A stretch of 64,000 nucleotides of DNA from Lobosporangium transversale (lineage: Eukaryota). The stretch lies in NCBI RefSeq assembly GCF_002105155.1, contig NW_019029019.1, forward strand, positions 248,001 through 312,000, read 5' to 3'. Made by a program: the position numbers and the translations under genes. Shown here piece after piece: positions 35,801 to 46,840 of the stretch (positions are counted from its first letter, which is position 1; the number at the start of each line of letters is the position of its first letter). The notes under the pieces were generated by a model, which saw only the letters and a list, made by a program, of their open reading frames with translations, did not search any database and was not told the DNA's origin.

Positions 35801-38530
35801 TCTGGTATAAGCGTAGACCTCTCCAAGGATATGCCAAAAAGTACGTCGTTGCTCTATGTGCCCGCAGATATAGAAATTCCTGTCGACGACGCCTTGGCGG
35901 ATGTACCAGAGAATGGGCACCTTCTGATCGACCACGACCACATTAAAGCCATGTCCTTTATGAGATCCAGCCCCACTATGGTCCTTGGAGGTGGGGGTAC
36001 TGGCAAGACGGAGTGCATGCTGGATATGATTGAGCAGCAACTGGACATGGATACAGACCTTGGCAACGTGCAGCTCTATTTGGGAGCGACTGATTCGTTA
36101 GCCAACTGGTCGTCGATGAGACTATTAAAACGGGAGAACATAACGGAGCAAGGCTTTAAGATGGTATCGTTCACCAGTCTCCCATCTCTACTCTCAAAGC
36201 TCTACATGTCGAATAGCACCATACGCGGGAAGCTCTTTGTGGATCGGGATATCTTTAGATCCGAATATATGGATGCCATGCCTGCAATGGTCCGCAGTAT
36301 TGGCGCCGATGAGCTCTACGACGCTATCCACGCGCGCATGGATATAGAGACAGAGAACGGCATTAGTTCTCTTAGGCCAGAGTACAAGACAGCACACAAG
36401 GTCTATGAACTGGTCAAAGCGTCGCGTGGCCACATCGACGCTTACGACCTTCACGCACTCGTCGAGCAAGACCCGCAACGATTAGTGGCCATGGCATCGA
36501 AGATTGCACGCATCTACTTAGATGAGGTCCAAGATATATCATGGACAATGTGGTCTGTAATCGAGGTAATGCTGTCTGCACGCACCTCGAGCGTGGTGTG
36601 TGCTGGTGATTTCACACAGCGACTTACACCAGGGATTTCGGTCAATGGTATAAAAAGCCTCATCTATAAACACCTCCCCAAGAGTATGGAGACCATTAGA
36701 TTCAAGACAAATTATCGATCGGACCCCAACATTATATCACTCGCAAACCGTATCCAATCGTACACCCACATGAGAGAACACGCAATGGAACCATCTCTCT
36801 ACCCTCAGGAAAGCAGCAACTCCGTGACACTGGTAGAGATACAGGACATCGAGCATGAAAACGTAGCCGATGATGTGTTGCACTATATCGGAGTTCCGTC
36901 CAACAACTATAGAGCTGCGATCGTCACATCGTCGTCATGGGCATATCGGCTTCGTGAGACTTTGGGTAAATCTCACAATGTCTTTAGTGCTTACGAGTGT
37001 AAGGGTCTCGAGTTCGACCTTGTTGTGTGTTGGGATCTCTTCAACCCAAGCATGGATGTAAAAACATCGACTCTAAGGCGTAACATGGGGGCTGCCACCT
37101 TAGATAAGGGCAATATTGAGGAAGACGAAAACTTTGAGATATACTTGAACCATCTCTACGTAACCGTTACAAGGGCACGCAAGCACCTTATAATGGTCGT
37201 TCCATCATGCGATAGATCTAGCATTATGGTCAAGGCACTTGGGATTAGCGATATGGTCCATTACAGTGAGGTTCGGGAGCGTGGACCTCTGCCTGAAATT
37301 ATCATTCCAATAGACGAGCTCAGCGTGTCTGACGATCTAAGAATGGCGATTGTGATGAGAGAAAGAGGATTGCTCCAGCAGGCCCTCAACGTCTTTGAGC
37401 AGTACGGCGACGCTGCACAAGCAGGATTTACGAGAGCTCTAATTCATCGAAATGAACACAGGCTTCGCGGGGAAGACCACGAGATCCAGCTTTGTATTTC
37501 TGAGTGTTACGGTGTAATCGAGGTATTGCAACAGTCGACGGATAGTGTTCTCAAAATCGAGGATGTAAAGCTATTCCTTACCCAGGCACTGGTCGCTGAT
37601 AAGCAGTATGCTGAAGCATGTCTGCTTTACAAGGAGTTGGAGATGGAAGACGAACTGGTCGCGTGTCTAATCGAGGCAGTCGAATCAAAGTCTGGAGATG
37701 TGGTGCGGCTACGATACCTAATATCCGAAAAAGCTGTAGCTATCTGGGAGCATTTCAAGGACAACAAGAGATATGCAAGATTTGTTGTTGCGTTAATGCT
37801 TGTGTTTAAATCTTCGACTGTAGACCTAATCCAGTCGATGATCACGCACATTCCATCCAAAGCAGGGCTCACTATGCTGCACAACTCCCTGATAGAGGCC
37901 GATAAAAGCGTATCCCCCATATGGGAAGTATTCCGAAGAAGAAAGTGGCTGCAGGTGGGGTCTGGATCGGAAGAGTCGGAGGAACTGACATTCTTAGAAT
38001 GGAGCTCATTGCGGCGCCTCGATGGCCAACACTCCAACGAAGACTTGGTTTACATTATTTCTACTGGTTGCTTGCCAGAATCTCAGTCGTCAATAGCCTG
38101 TCTGTTTGTTGGGCCTAGAAACAACAAGACTACAAAAACCTTGTCGCTCAATATCCAATCGGGTGCTATGCTAAAGGCGTGTCGGTCGCTGGAAATACCT
38201 TTGAAGCATGTTTCAACGAAGATGAGAGAGCTCTCCTGCCCTCTGACAGATTTTATGGCACTCCATTCCCAAATAAGTGGGGAAGAATCAAGAATGTACC
38301 TGCTTGCTGAGGCGTACAAGACGCATAAGCTCAAGATGAGGGGTAGCGAGCACCAACTCACTCTCTTTAAATGGTGTGCTAAGATGAGTGGAGGTACGAA
38401 CATCATCGATATGATCTGTACCATGCTTAAGGAGGACAGAGATATGTTGCTTGGCATCTACAGCCCAGATAACACTATAAACGTAACACAGAAAGTACTA
38501 CTTCAGGTGCTGAATGAGAGGGATATATAG
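32897..38530 (+). CDS. Dual-helicase protein copy 3, 1877 aa (near-identical to copy 1)
   Basis: Same motifs; a few substitutions plus one inserted Asp (ADDVL) relative to copy 1. Confidence 0.93.
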   Translation: MDLLYDTQKLRALLEKDQKINLRKGTVDTFKENGYESVDLYTKRLVDMCSYEFQIEAAKALFGKIPDDHDIRQLRRVKNNAFRGPTDDELNEDDGKPNGDSGEVDGPDAEDWVLTGEPEMYNYKDIVIAAITKSFGDETDPERYIGYVSHISKIPQSGLRRYFFTFDAQISSSQDIDVLMWTIGNLTSYERVVNSLSDKDAMRSIPKLFLKAPVTDISPLTDDTVDIPDGVPESMNQSQKVAISRAIQEDGDKVVLIQGPPGCGKSTTIAEMIHLLTSHDRGNTGMQVLACAQTNVAVADLAFKYVTTKKPANFKCVMDMRPPKITDSRKRAVLEPFTITARYHQVVNAVLHTIIRVFGRTPTACHGSTTRNEVRSIVASDFRKCMESGLIKLLPPKACKLLMSMEAAISDSALPSTDLTQVKRLVSGMRNELELFFEPVELESLLELCSVDQHTGSSPRSKTIPIYGWVKQALLDEASVVFCTINIGISLTFKRRLERLAYIVVDEAAQALEPDVAALMCVDSYFRRLILVGDPKQLRGYCASNRGKREMMDRSLMERLQTYRLCHSTLLDVQYRMHQDICNFVSRTFYDNRLTSDASIQSRRAVTALAPIMHVMFLGSQMAQSTITTTSVVNIDEARYIVAHVFKVLLQSRQNQVLLTNTVTKSISYAAVTKNTEKVETRQPVEVAKITIGIICIYKAQANVIRCLVEKSQNAYKGFGAEIVVNTIDSFQGQECDIIYVALTRTTQINTFMDNANRVNVAISRARHHLIVVGDAKLSLAAKQDAPSSYWHSLCMGRRSMVIEPKYIRSMPQYDGPERVTVMKAAVIQAAPATIKEIIAKGLAATTPIWTIHYERLTIDPKTPQGIHILEYVVQALASGDFDTGNGGRTTRPLFGKKQKGASLFFVTTVCGVVCLAWTVRVHGQRQAIELLGIGDKTFVEKTAWPLLRRDIEGQPEWKLFASMSLWSSGISVDLSKDMPKSTSLLYVPADIEIPVDDALADVPENGHLLIDHDHIKAMSFMRSSPTMVLGGGGTGKTECMLDMIEQQLDMDTDLGNVQLYLGATDSLANWSSMRLLKRENITEQGFKMVSFTSLPSLLSKLYMSNSTIRGKLFVDRDIFRSEYMDAMPAMVRSIGADELYDAIHARMDIETENGISSLRPEYKTAHKVYELVKASRGHIDAYDLHALVEQDPQRLVAMASKIARIYLDEVQDISWTMWSVIEVMLSARTSSVVCAGDFTQRLTPGISVNGIKSLIYKHLPKSMETIRFKTNYRSDPNIISLANRIQSYTHMREHAMEPSLYPQESSNSVTLVEIQDIEHENVADDVLHYIGVPSNNYRAAIVTSSSWAYRLRETLGKSHNVFSAYECKGLEFDLVVCWDLFNPSMDVKTSTLRRNMGAATLDKGNIEEDENFEIYLNHLYVTVTRARKHLIMVVPSCDRSSIMVKALGISDMVHYSEVRERGPLPEIIIPIDELSVSDDLRMAIVMRERGLLQQALNVFEQYGDAAQAGFTRALIHRNEHRLRGEDHEIQLCISECYGVIEVLQQSTDSVLKIEDVKLFLTQALVADKQYAEACLLYKELEMEDELVACLIEAVESKSGDVVRLRYLISEKAVAIWEHFKDNKRYARFVVALMLVFKSSTVDLIQSMITHIPSKAGLTMLHNSLIEADKSVSPIWEVFRRRKWLQVGSGSEESEELTFLEWSSLRRLDGQHSNEDLVYIISTGCLPESQSSIACLFVGPRNNKTTKTLSLNIQSGAMLKACRSLEIPLKHVSTKMRELSCPLTDFMALHSQISGEESRMYLLAEAYKTHKLKMRGSEHQLTLFKWCAKMSGGTNIIDMICTMLKEDRDMLLGIYSPDNTINVTQKVLLQVLNERDI

Positions 38531-39420
38531 GTACGCTAGTTTAGACTTGTCCGACTGCAGATCCATCGAGCATCAAGTATCATAAGTGATCCACATTTTC
38601 TTAAAATAAACCACTCTGATTTCTCCTCTCCCTGATTTGATATGAAATGTGGCCTTGTGTTAGCTTCAAGCTCTGTTTTTCCAATATGCCAAATATATGT
38701 TATCTATTAGGGATTTAGTTATTTGGAGCAGTAGAATCCTGTTGCTTTGTCTAAGATCATAAAGGTAGGGCTTTTTGTTTGATCCAACACACCATTTGCT
38801 CGGTGGTTCATGCGTAGTGGTAGCCGAAATGTTGGTATCATCTATTTCTATTACTTGAGGCCATAGAGACCGTAAATGGCTTCAGAGCTAGTTACGTAAC
38901 TACAATCACATCATAAGCCTAATCATTGGCCTGATAAAGTTTTTTTTATGTATTTTAGTCTACACTACACTATTCTACTAATATCATCACGGAGTGGCAG
39001 CCTGGATCGAAAATCATCTAACTGGAAATCATAACCTGAAAGGGAACTAAAGCTCTACTTCTCAAGCCCCGTTTCGAACATCCACAACCTCTCCCCTCTA
39101 CTTTTACCCTTTTCTTACAAAATCATAGTGCCGCTCAAGCCCATAAGCATATACCTTCCGGAAATAACTAATTTTGATAGTGAGTTGTCTCAACCATTTA
39201 TACATAATATGGTTGATGGGCTCTTTCGAGCATCGTTTATGAGCCTGATCTGTGTGCTCTCTAAAAAAATAGAAAAAAAAGGAGTGCGTTGATAGAAATG
39301 AATAAAGAGATTTGAAGGAATATGGCTTTCAACTCATCTCTCTCTTTCACACACGCCTTGTCACGTATAACACAGCCTTTTAGCTCTCCTATTACATACG
39401 ACCATTGCCATAAAGGAAGG

Positions 39421-39456
<36 letters not shown>

Positions 39457-39484
39457 ACATTTTGTCTGCCATGAATGCTTTGAT

Positions 39485-40040
39485 ACCGACCGAGGCGGCA
39501 GGCATGGGCAGCACGCAACTCGGCGCTTCGAAGCGAGGATAGATTGCTTATCACCGCCAGAATTCCAGAGAGAACCGAAGACGATATCAAGGCCTATGTC
39601 GATAGTCAGAGTAGTCGTCGAGTATTCTTAAATGGCTTTTTCAGCAATGTTCACAGAGATGTTGAGAACTGCTGTGGCAATTGTGATCCCGAAATGCAGG
39701 AGCGTCCACCACTACTGGAGACCAGAGATGGTTGACGCAGAATCCAGCAGAGCGACTAACCGACATAGGGCCTAGGAGGTGGCAGCAGGAAAATAGGTAC
39801 AAGAAATTACTGCATGGAGAAACAGTGCGTTCAACAGCGACTTCAGTGGCCAATACTCATTATTTGACGAAGATATTGTCATGAAGAACGACATGGCCGA
39901 GCTTGCTATCAAGGGCGCTGGCATTGTGGTGCCAGAGCTGATTCTCTCTGCTATCCGTTGTCAGTTTCCTAAAATTGAATACCCACCAGCTCTGCGCAAA
40001 ATTATAATAGCTTTGAACAGAGTCATCATTTCGACAAGGT
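39485..40040 (+). pseudogene. RecQ-like fragment (duplicate of 15335-15890)
   Basis: SRRVFLNGFF...ENCCGNCDP. Confidence 0.55.
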
Positions 40041-40253
40041 AGCGAAAAAGTGGTCGTTTATCACTCGAGGAAGAAGATTCCTAATCACTACAATGGCTAT
40101 GAAGCACTAGAACCAGGCTCGGCCCTTTGGTTGTTTGACGACAAAGGATGTGCAGCCACTTCAGCGCTTTTGAATCTACTATTAGAGAATCTTCCAGTGC
40201 AAGCTCAGCTTTAAATGCCATCACTATAAGGACTACTGTATCTCTCAGAATTA

Positions 40254-41088
40254 TAGTGCGTTCCACCTAGTCGCAAAAATAAACCTTATTTTTTAATGGG
40301 ACCAGATTTCAGTCCATTCACTCTTACAGGCGAAACATACTCCATGAACTACTCTGAAGACTATTATATAAAAGAATTGTGAGGAAAGCCAAAAGGGATT
40401 AGACGGGTTCTTATAGAAAGGAAACTTTGGAGAAAGGATCTTAAGATGATATGTGCGAGCTGCAAGGTTCGTGATTATTCTAATAATCAAAGCTCATGTT
40501 GTTGTACACGCATTTTGGAGCTACAGAGGATTTTATGGCGCAGCGATCATTTCTAGAGGAGATTGCAGACAAACATGAGCAGCAAATCATTTTCTATCCA
40601 AAGTACCACTGCGAATTGAACTTCATCGAGATGTTCTGGGGTGCAAGCAAGCGCTATACTAGAGCAAACTGTGACTATACTTTCAAGGGACTGCAAGAAA
40701 CAATACCAGCGGCATTGGCTTCTGTAACTATACTCAGTATTCGAAAGTACGCAAGGAGGAGTTTTCGATACATGGACGCATATAGGAAGGGTTTGTCTGG
40801 CCACGTTGCCGAGCTGCAAGTGAATCCCATAGGCGTATTCCAGCCAATTGGGATTTGAGGACAGAATAGACTACCCTTAATATCGTTATGATGTCATCTC
40901 AATTAAAGTTTCAGCCAATCATAATTTAAGATTTTTTGGTGCAATTTTTCCCTCTCATAGAGAATTGGCAAACGAACAACATTACGATGAGTTTTCTTGT
41001 CTGGCTCTCATGGAGAGTGAGGGCATACATTTCCCCCGTGGTCCATTATTTTTCACAAAAAAAGTGCGTGACTAAGTGGAAGACACTG
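40254..41088 (+). mobile_element. Internally deleted Tc1/IS630-type transposon
   Basis: TA duplicated relative to empty site AATTACCATTG (~16100-16110). Degenerate TIRs TAGTGCGTTCCACCTAGTC / GACTAAGTGGAAGACACTG. Transposase C-terminus FYPKYHCELNFIEMFWG...RYMDAYRKGL (40496..40858). Confidence 0.85.
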
Positions 41089-42244
41089 TACCATTGCATT
41101 CGGAGTCACAGGAGCCACCGCTGGCTTATGAGACGTTACCCCAAAGGGTAGAGCTGCGTCGTCGGGCTGTGCAAAAATGTAAGGATATGGCTGCGGAATG
41201 AGTGGAAAGAGGCCTTATGGTAGTGAAAAAAGTGAAGCTGCGAAGCCAACATCTCTCTAATAGTTTGGAAGAGAATGAAGCATTGCGGACAGGGGAAAAA
41301 CCTTTTGCACAAGGGCCACTGGAGTGCTGACTGTTCTCATTCAGGTAAAGAACCCTCCACAACGCTTACCACTAGTAGCACATAGATTATTAAAGCTTCC
41401 TTCTTTTGCACAAGAACCGTTGGGGCACTGGCTGTTCTCGTTCAGTCTTTTGTATTGTGTTGTTATTTATTTGCGTTCAAGAAGCATTTTGTCTATCTGT
41501 CGCTGGGAATGACTTCACAAACCACCAAAAAGGCCAAGTTTCTCTATTCAATTAGCCCTAAATTTCCCAACAGTGTTAATCCTGAGAAAAAAAAGGGTGT
41601 GTTGCAATGCGCTTGCCATACATGATGTTGTTGTCGAAGTTGAACCGCGTTTGACGGAACAAATTGTTACGAAGATCTTCCCCAGCACCCTTTTTGGATC
41701 ATATGTGCGGCTGAGTGTGAGGTCCGGAAAAGGGGTTATCGCTATCATCGCCAGCGCATTCCATAGGTTCATCCCAATCATCAGCTGGCTGACACTATTA
41801 AATCATTGGTAGACGATATTGAACAGCCTGTTTTCTGGAAGAGCCACGTTTACATCGGCATGTGGACCATCAGCCACAGAACGCCCACTCTCTTCAAAAG
41901 GAGAAAGAGAAGGGATAGGAAAAGGTTAAGGGCACCGCAAAATAGAGTTCGCGCCATCACTAGGAGACGCCGGCAATATTGTTTCTAAGGGGGCTGACTG
42001 CAAGCCAAGCGCACTCGACTCATAAAAAACTTTCATACTTTGACTGAGCTACGATGCTTGGGCAAAGTCCTTGGATGGTATGAACCCCATCAAGGTGGTT
42101 CCAAAAATGCCCCATCGAGAGGCTGTTGGTGTACCAGTCTTGGATCTGGCAGAGGTAGTGGCAAAGCTGGGCTACGGCCGGGAACGAACGACTGTTGGGT
42201 TGAAGTAGGAGTGGCAACAGCTGTTCACCGACAGATAAATCAGT

Positions 42245-42279
<35 letters not shown>

Positions 42280-42405
42280 GATTTAAGCTCATGTCAGCTT
42301 TGAAAAAGAAAAGGGGAAGAGGAAAAGGGACCTGCATAGCCTTTGGCATAGGCTCCGAAAAGCCGGTGCGGTATCTTTCCATACGCCTGCACCTGATGGT
42401 TAGAC

Positions 42406-42462
42406 CAGTGTCCATATTCGGCGGAAGAGTTAGGTGTAGAGCCATCTAAACAATTTCTTTAG
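42406..42462 (+). pseudogene. 3' tail remnant of the 3CxxC gene (second copy)
   Basis: Identical to 17422-17478. Confidence 0.8.
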
Positions 42463-43537
42463 TATAAACTGCCCTGGGAACTGAATAAAATATTAAGGAA
42501 TGGCCATTACACTGCTGATTGGGAACAAAAATGATCAGCATGCTCTAGGACTTATTTAATAGCCTCACTAGCTCTTATAAACACTTTAGACACCAACGTA
42601 CCTCTCTCCGCTTCACTTTGTCACGTCTCCTCACCATGTGGAGAGGAAAAGGAAATAATATTGTGAACTTCCAGGACCAGAAATATTGTTTGACATCACA
42701 GTAAAGCGAGCTTTGATAGAGGGTGATGTACTTGATACGTAGCCGACGCACTATTGCTATCTCAATCACCCTTACTCTTTTCTTCCTCAGTGGGTGCTAT
42801 AGGGTAAATAGTAACCATACTGTGCCTAGTCCAATTTATTTGCAGCACTACTACTGTATTATTTCCGCCATAAATGTCTAAGGCTATCAATCCTCTGTGG
42901 AGATTTAAATGACGCACATGACGGATCTAAGAGTGAACCATGGCATGCTGCAAAAGGTGTGCTTATTTTAGGTCTATGAATGGGATTTGTATCTTTGAAA
43001 TATGTTTAATACCGCCTCTATTATCTGAAAAGAGAGCGAAGGCACACTATTTCAGTCGCCTGTGCTACCGCAGCACTATGTCGATATTTGTTCTTAGTGA
43101 AGAGTCTTTTGGCATTAAGAGAGTCCACCTAAGGTGTGGTCAAGATTGCATACAACCACATGCATCTTGACGCAGGTAGTTGCTTGCGTGGATTGTAAGG
43201 CGTATTTTATCTTGGCATCCTGTTGTAACGCCTTCAAATTATGTGCATATATTCTGAATACTAGAAGTTCATCCAAGTCTTGCCGGCCGCTTTTCGACTA
43301 GGTATTGGGTGGTAAGCGAGCACATTGGATGAAATGTTGCTAAGTGACTAGAAACATATTATTAGGGAATATTTATAATTACCACTGTGTGACTCGAACA
43401 TAGGACTTTTTATTCTTGAGTGCGCCCTGGAGGAGGAGTGTTGTCATCAGGTAGGACGGCGGAGAGCTTGAGCTTTGGAAATAAATCATATCAAATGTTC
43501 TCCACATCATAGAGTCTACTAATAACTTTCAAACGTG

Positions 43538-43544
43538 TATAAAA
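43538..43544 (+). promoter_or_regulatory. Putative TATA box of DUF4238 gene
   Basis: TATAAAA ~100 bp upstream of ATG 43647. Confidence 0.35.
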
Positions 43545-43646
43545 AGCCCACCATTTCTTTCATCTCCCAGATTACTTATCCATACATCTACTCCATTCGA
43601 TAACCAAGTAAAAGTAACATTACTTTATCTGTTTGTTGTCATCATT

Positions 43647-44950
43647 ATGTCTCAAGATCAGTTCCATCACTATATACCACGCTTCATATTGAAGAGCTTC
43701 TCTGATTACCTCCAACTGAAACCTTCAAGTATTTTCTCACCAAATGCCTCAGGCAACTTCACAGAAGAGGCTTTTTCAAAAGGCCCAGTGGGGAGCAAGG
43801 GAAATAGTGGGGGGGATAGCGTGGGAAGCAACAGGAAAGGTAACAGAAGGAAAAGCAGTGGGGTCAGCAAAAGAGATAGCAGAGAAGGCGATAGAGAAGG
43901 CGGTCATGAAACCAAGGAGCAAATCCTAATATTGATTCCCTATTAATGTGTATTGAGCGTTGGAGAAAACAATCGCCAGAGCGACACTAGCAGAGTGTAT
44001 GGTCTTCAGAACATGTATCAGGACATTGCTGAAGTGGATGATAATATGAGGTTTGAGAGGGAGCTCGCCAAGTTGGAGTGCACCTCTGCGACGTTTATTC
44101 ATAAGATCCGATCTGGCGAAGAACTACTGCTGAGGTGGACTCAACTAGCAGACTTCAAGAGGTTCCTAGCTATCATGACATACAGGAGCGAGCGCCGGAG
44201 GGAACAGTATTACGAGTGTCGATTTGACACTTCTATCGATTCGAAAACACATGTCCCAAAACAATATTGACAGAGTTCAAGACGTATGGTTCGAGAATCT
44301 CAAATGGATCATCAAGACCCCTTACGACGAAATCATTAAGGAGAGCTCAGCTATCGATCCGAAAGGCGTCAAGACTCCCATGGATACTATGTTTGCTTTG
44401 AGCAAATATAAAGGACCTATTTACGTTGCAGAACTTATGGACTATTATAACTTAGTGTGCAACTACGTGTGTGTCTGGCAAGCGGAAGAAGGGCCTGAAT
44501 TTATCCTAACCGACAAGTGCTCTGTTGGGTTCGAAGGTGAGGATGCTATCCACTTCCACAGCTTCTATGTTGTGTCTCCGAAATATATGGTCGTTCTTGT
44601 GAACCGTCTTTACATGTGGGACCTTATGAAGACCACGGGTCTCCGGAAGTCGTGATTTTGGGGCAGGCTCCATACCAGCCCAGGTGCCATATATACGAAA
44701 AGGCTATGGGTGATCCGAAAGGCTTTACTCCAATAGACATGTTAAAATACTCAAGCGTTGCTGTTTTAAAAGAGAAGGTGTATCTCTGCAACAGTATCCT
44801 CTTGGATGCAAGCCCCAAGTGCATAGCATACAGACCCAATGTACCCAAGTATAGGTCCTTGAGTTACTATGGCAAGACTAAAGAAGATCTGTTTACCTGA
44901 AGCGCGAAGTGTTGACCAATCTTACGGCAGAGATGAACAGAATATATTGC
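43647..44950 (+). pseudogene. DUF4238 pseudogene, most complete copy
   Basis: N-terminal signature MSQDQFHHYIPRFILKSF plus downstream motifs; 8-bp deletion at ~44227 relative to 18817; stop at 44653-44655. Confidence 0.85.
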
Positions 44951-45873
44951 TCCTAGGTTCTCCTGAAAGACCCTTCTAGGATATTGTACTTCTTCCACTT
45001 CTCCTCATAAACAAAGATTATAGTTGTTAAGTACAGCTTGGTGAAAATAAAGCAATGGACTTCTTAGCCAGCACTAATAAGGAGCCGATATGGAAGCTTG
45101 GAGGAGGATGAGTATAGGAATGAGGATGGCGACATTTTTATTTGGTTCTCATTTTTAATTTTATTTCTAGCGCATCCCATCTTGAAGGATGCGACTTCTG
45201 TATGATGACCAACTCGATACAATAGCAGTTATTCTGTTAAGAAGAAAGAAAGAAGACATGAAAAGACAGCTATCTGTGTGGACCAACTATGAATGGAGGG
45301 TAAAAGAGGAAAGAAGTCTATGAAAGTCCTCGATGGGCAGGGGTGCGCCAGATAATAATATGGTAATATTCTGGAGAGCTTTAACAGCTTCAACCAGTAT
45401 TTACCATACAATGGGCGCTGGTCTTAAAAGAACACATGTTTAGCGGTATTTACTTATACCAGTCCCTCCTTGTGTAGAGGATGTGTTGGCGGAACAATGG
45501 TCTACTGAATGGTCTACGAAGGACGACCTATTCACATTGTCATAGGTACCATGGACGTATGTGTGTGTCACCTTTCTTCATTGAAAATCCGACGAGAAAT
45601 AAAGAAAAATAAACTAAATAAAAAGATCCCTCTGCCCTGCAACTCTGATCTACATCTACTTCTCGAGCCAAAAAGGGGTGGTGTGGGTGGGACATACGTC
45701 CATGGTACCTATGACAATGTGAATAGGTCGTCCTTCGTAGACCATTCAGTAGACCATTGTCTACGGTACCATGTCCGTATGTGGCTCCAGAGGGATCGCC
45801 AAAGAGAACTAAACTAAAACAAAACTAAAACTAAAAGAAAACTGAACGAAATGAACAACTAACTAAAGAAAAT

Positions 45874-46840
45874 CTAGCCTAGAGTGCTCATGGACATGTT
45901 GTTGGAGGTGGCACTCGACAAACGGTAGTGCTTCTCGAAGACTTTCGGGGACGACCAATTCCCCTGCACCATGATATCAGCCACTGGTACGCCTGCTATA
46001 GCCGCGAGCGTAGAACCTAAGGCTCGGAGCTTAGGAGCTTTCTTGTCTCCTAAATCCATCAGCGAAGAAATCCTACTCATGTGGGAGCCAATAGTAGTCG
46101 CACGCGCCGGCTGGGTGTGGTCTTTCACAAATCTAATCAAAGGTACAATGCTTCTTGTTGGGTCCTTCGGATGAGGAGAGGTAGTGGAAGGACAAGACAG
46201 CCTGTCCAGGTAAGCGGTGTATGCGTCGACAGGGCATAGCTTCTTGTCAAAGTGAGAACCAATGGTCACATGCTTAATGATACGTTGCCCATCACTCTTC
46301 TCTTTTGGGAAAACAACAACAAGCTGAAGCTTCCCTAACACAATCTTGGAGAGACTGACATCTACACATCTGATGTCGTCTGGTCTCATGAAGCCACAGA
46401 CGCCTAAGAGCCAACACAGCTTCCATGTAAGCTCCTCAAAAGGCAACTCCATATTTGCTGATGACTGCCGAAAATGGTCCAAAACAGGTGTGATGTCAAA
46501 GTGACCAGACCTGGACTCAACGACACCTTCTTGCTTTCCAGCCTTGAGGAACTGGCGGTAGTATTCATCTGATCGTACTCTCTCTGGGTCACGAAATAGG
46601 GCGAGGACAGCCGACTTCATGGTCATCAGCGTGGACCACTTCAAATTGCGAGCGACCCGCACGTAGTGTAGCCAGTTCACTACTGGGATCGCGGGGTTAA
46701 TCCCTTGTTCGAACGAGCCCTCTTTCAGCCAAGTGACGAATTCAGCTTGATGCTTTTCGTACTCTCGCTTGGTGCTCTTGGATCCTTTGTGAGCACAGAT
46801 AAACTCAGTCACCGCTGGCGAGAGGCCATCTATGAGCATC
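45874..46840 (-). CDS. DIRS tyrosine recombinase (C-terminal part of the 1222-codon frame 45874..49542)
   Basis: GFMRPDD, PKEK, LCPV, KLRALGST, QGNWSS..VFEKHYR. True start uncertain. Confidence 0.88.

Noticed and set aside
32897..38530. Copy 3 as an assembly artefact of copy 1
   Set aside because: It has distinct substitutions, a codon insertion, a different far-upstream flank and different TE content; long reads would still be the final test.
45496..45783. Ngaro/PAT-type split direct repeats or a MITE
   Set aside because: The repeats are inverted and match DIRS1 ITR plus ICR architecture.
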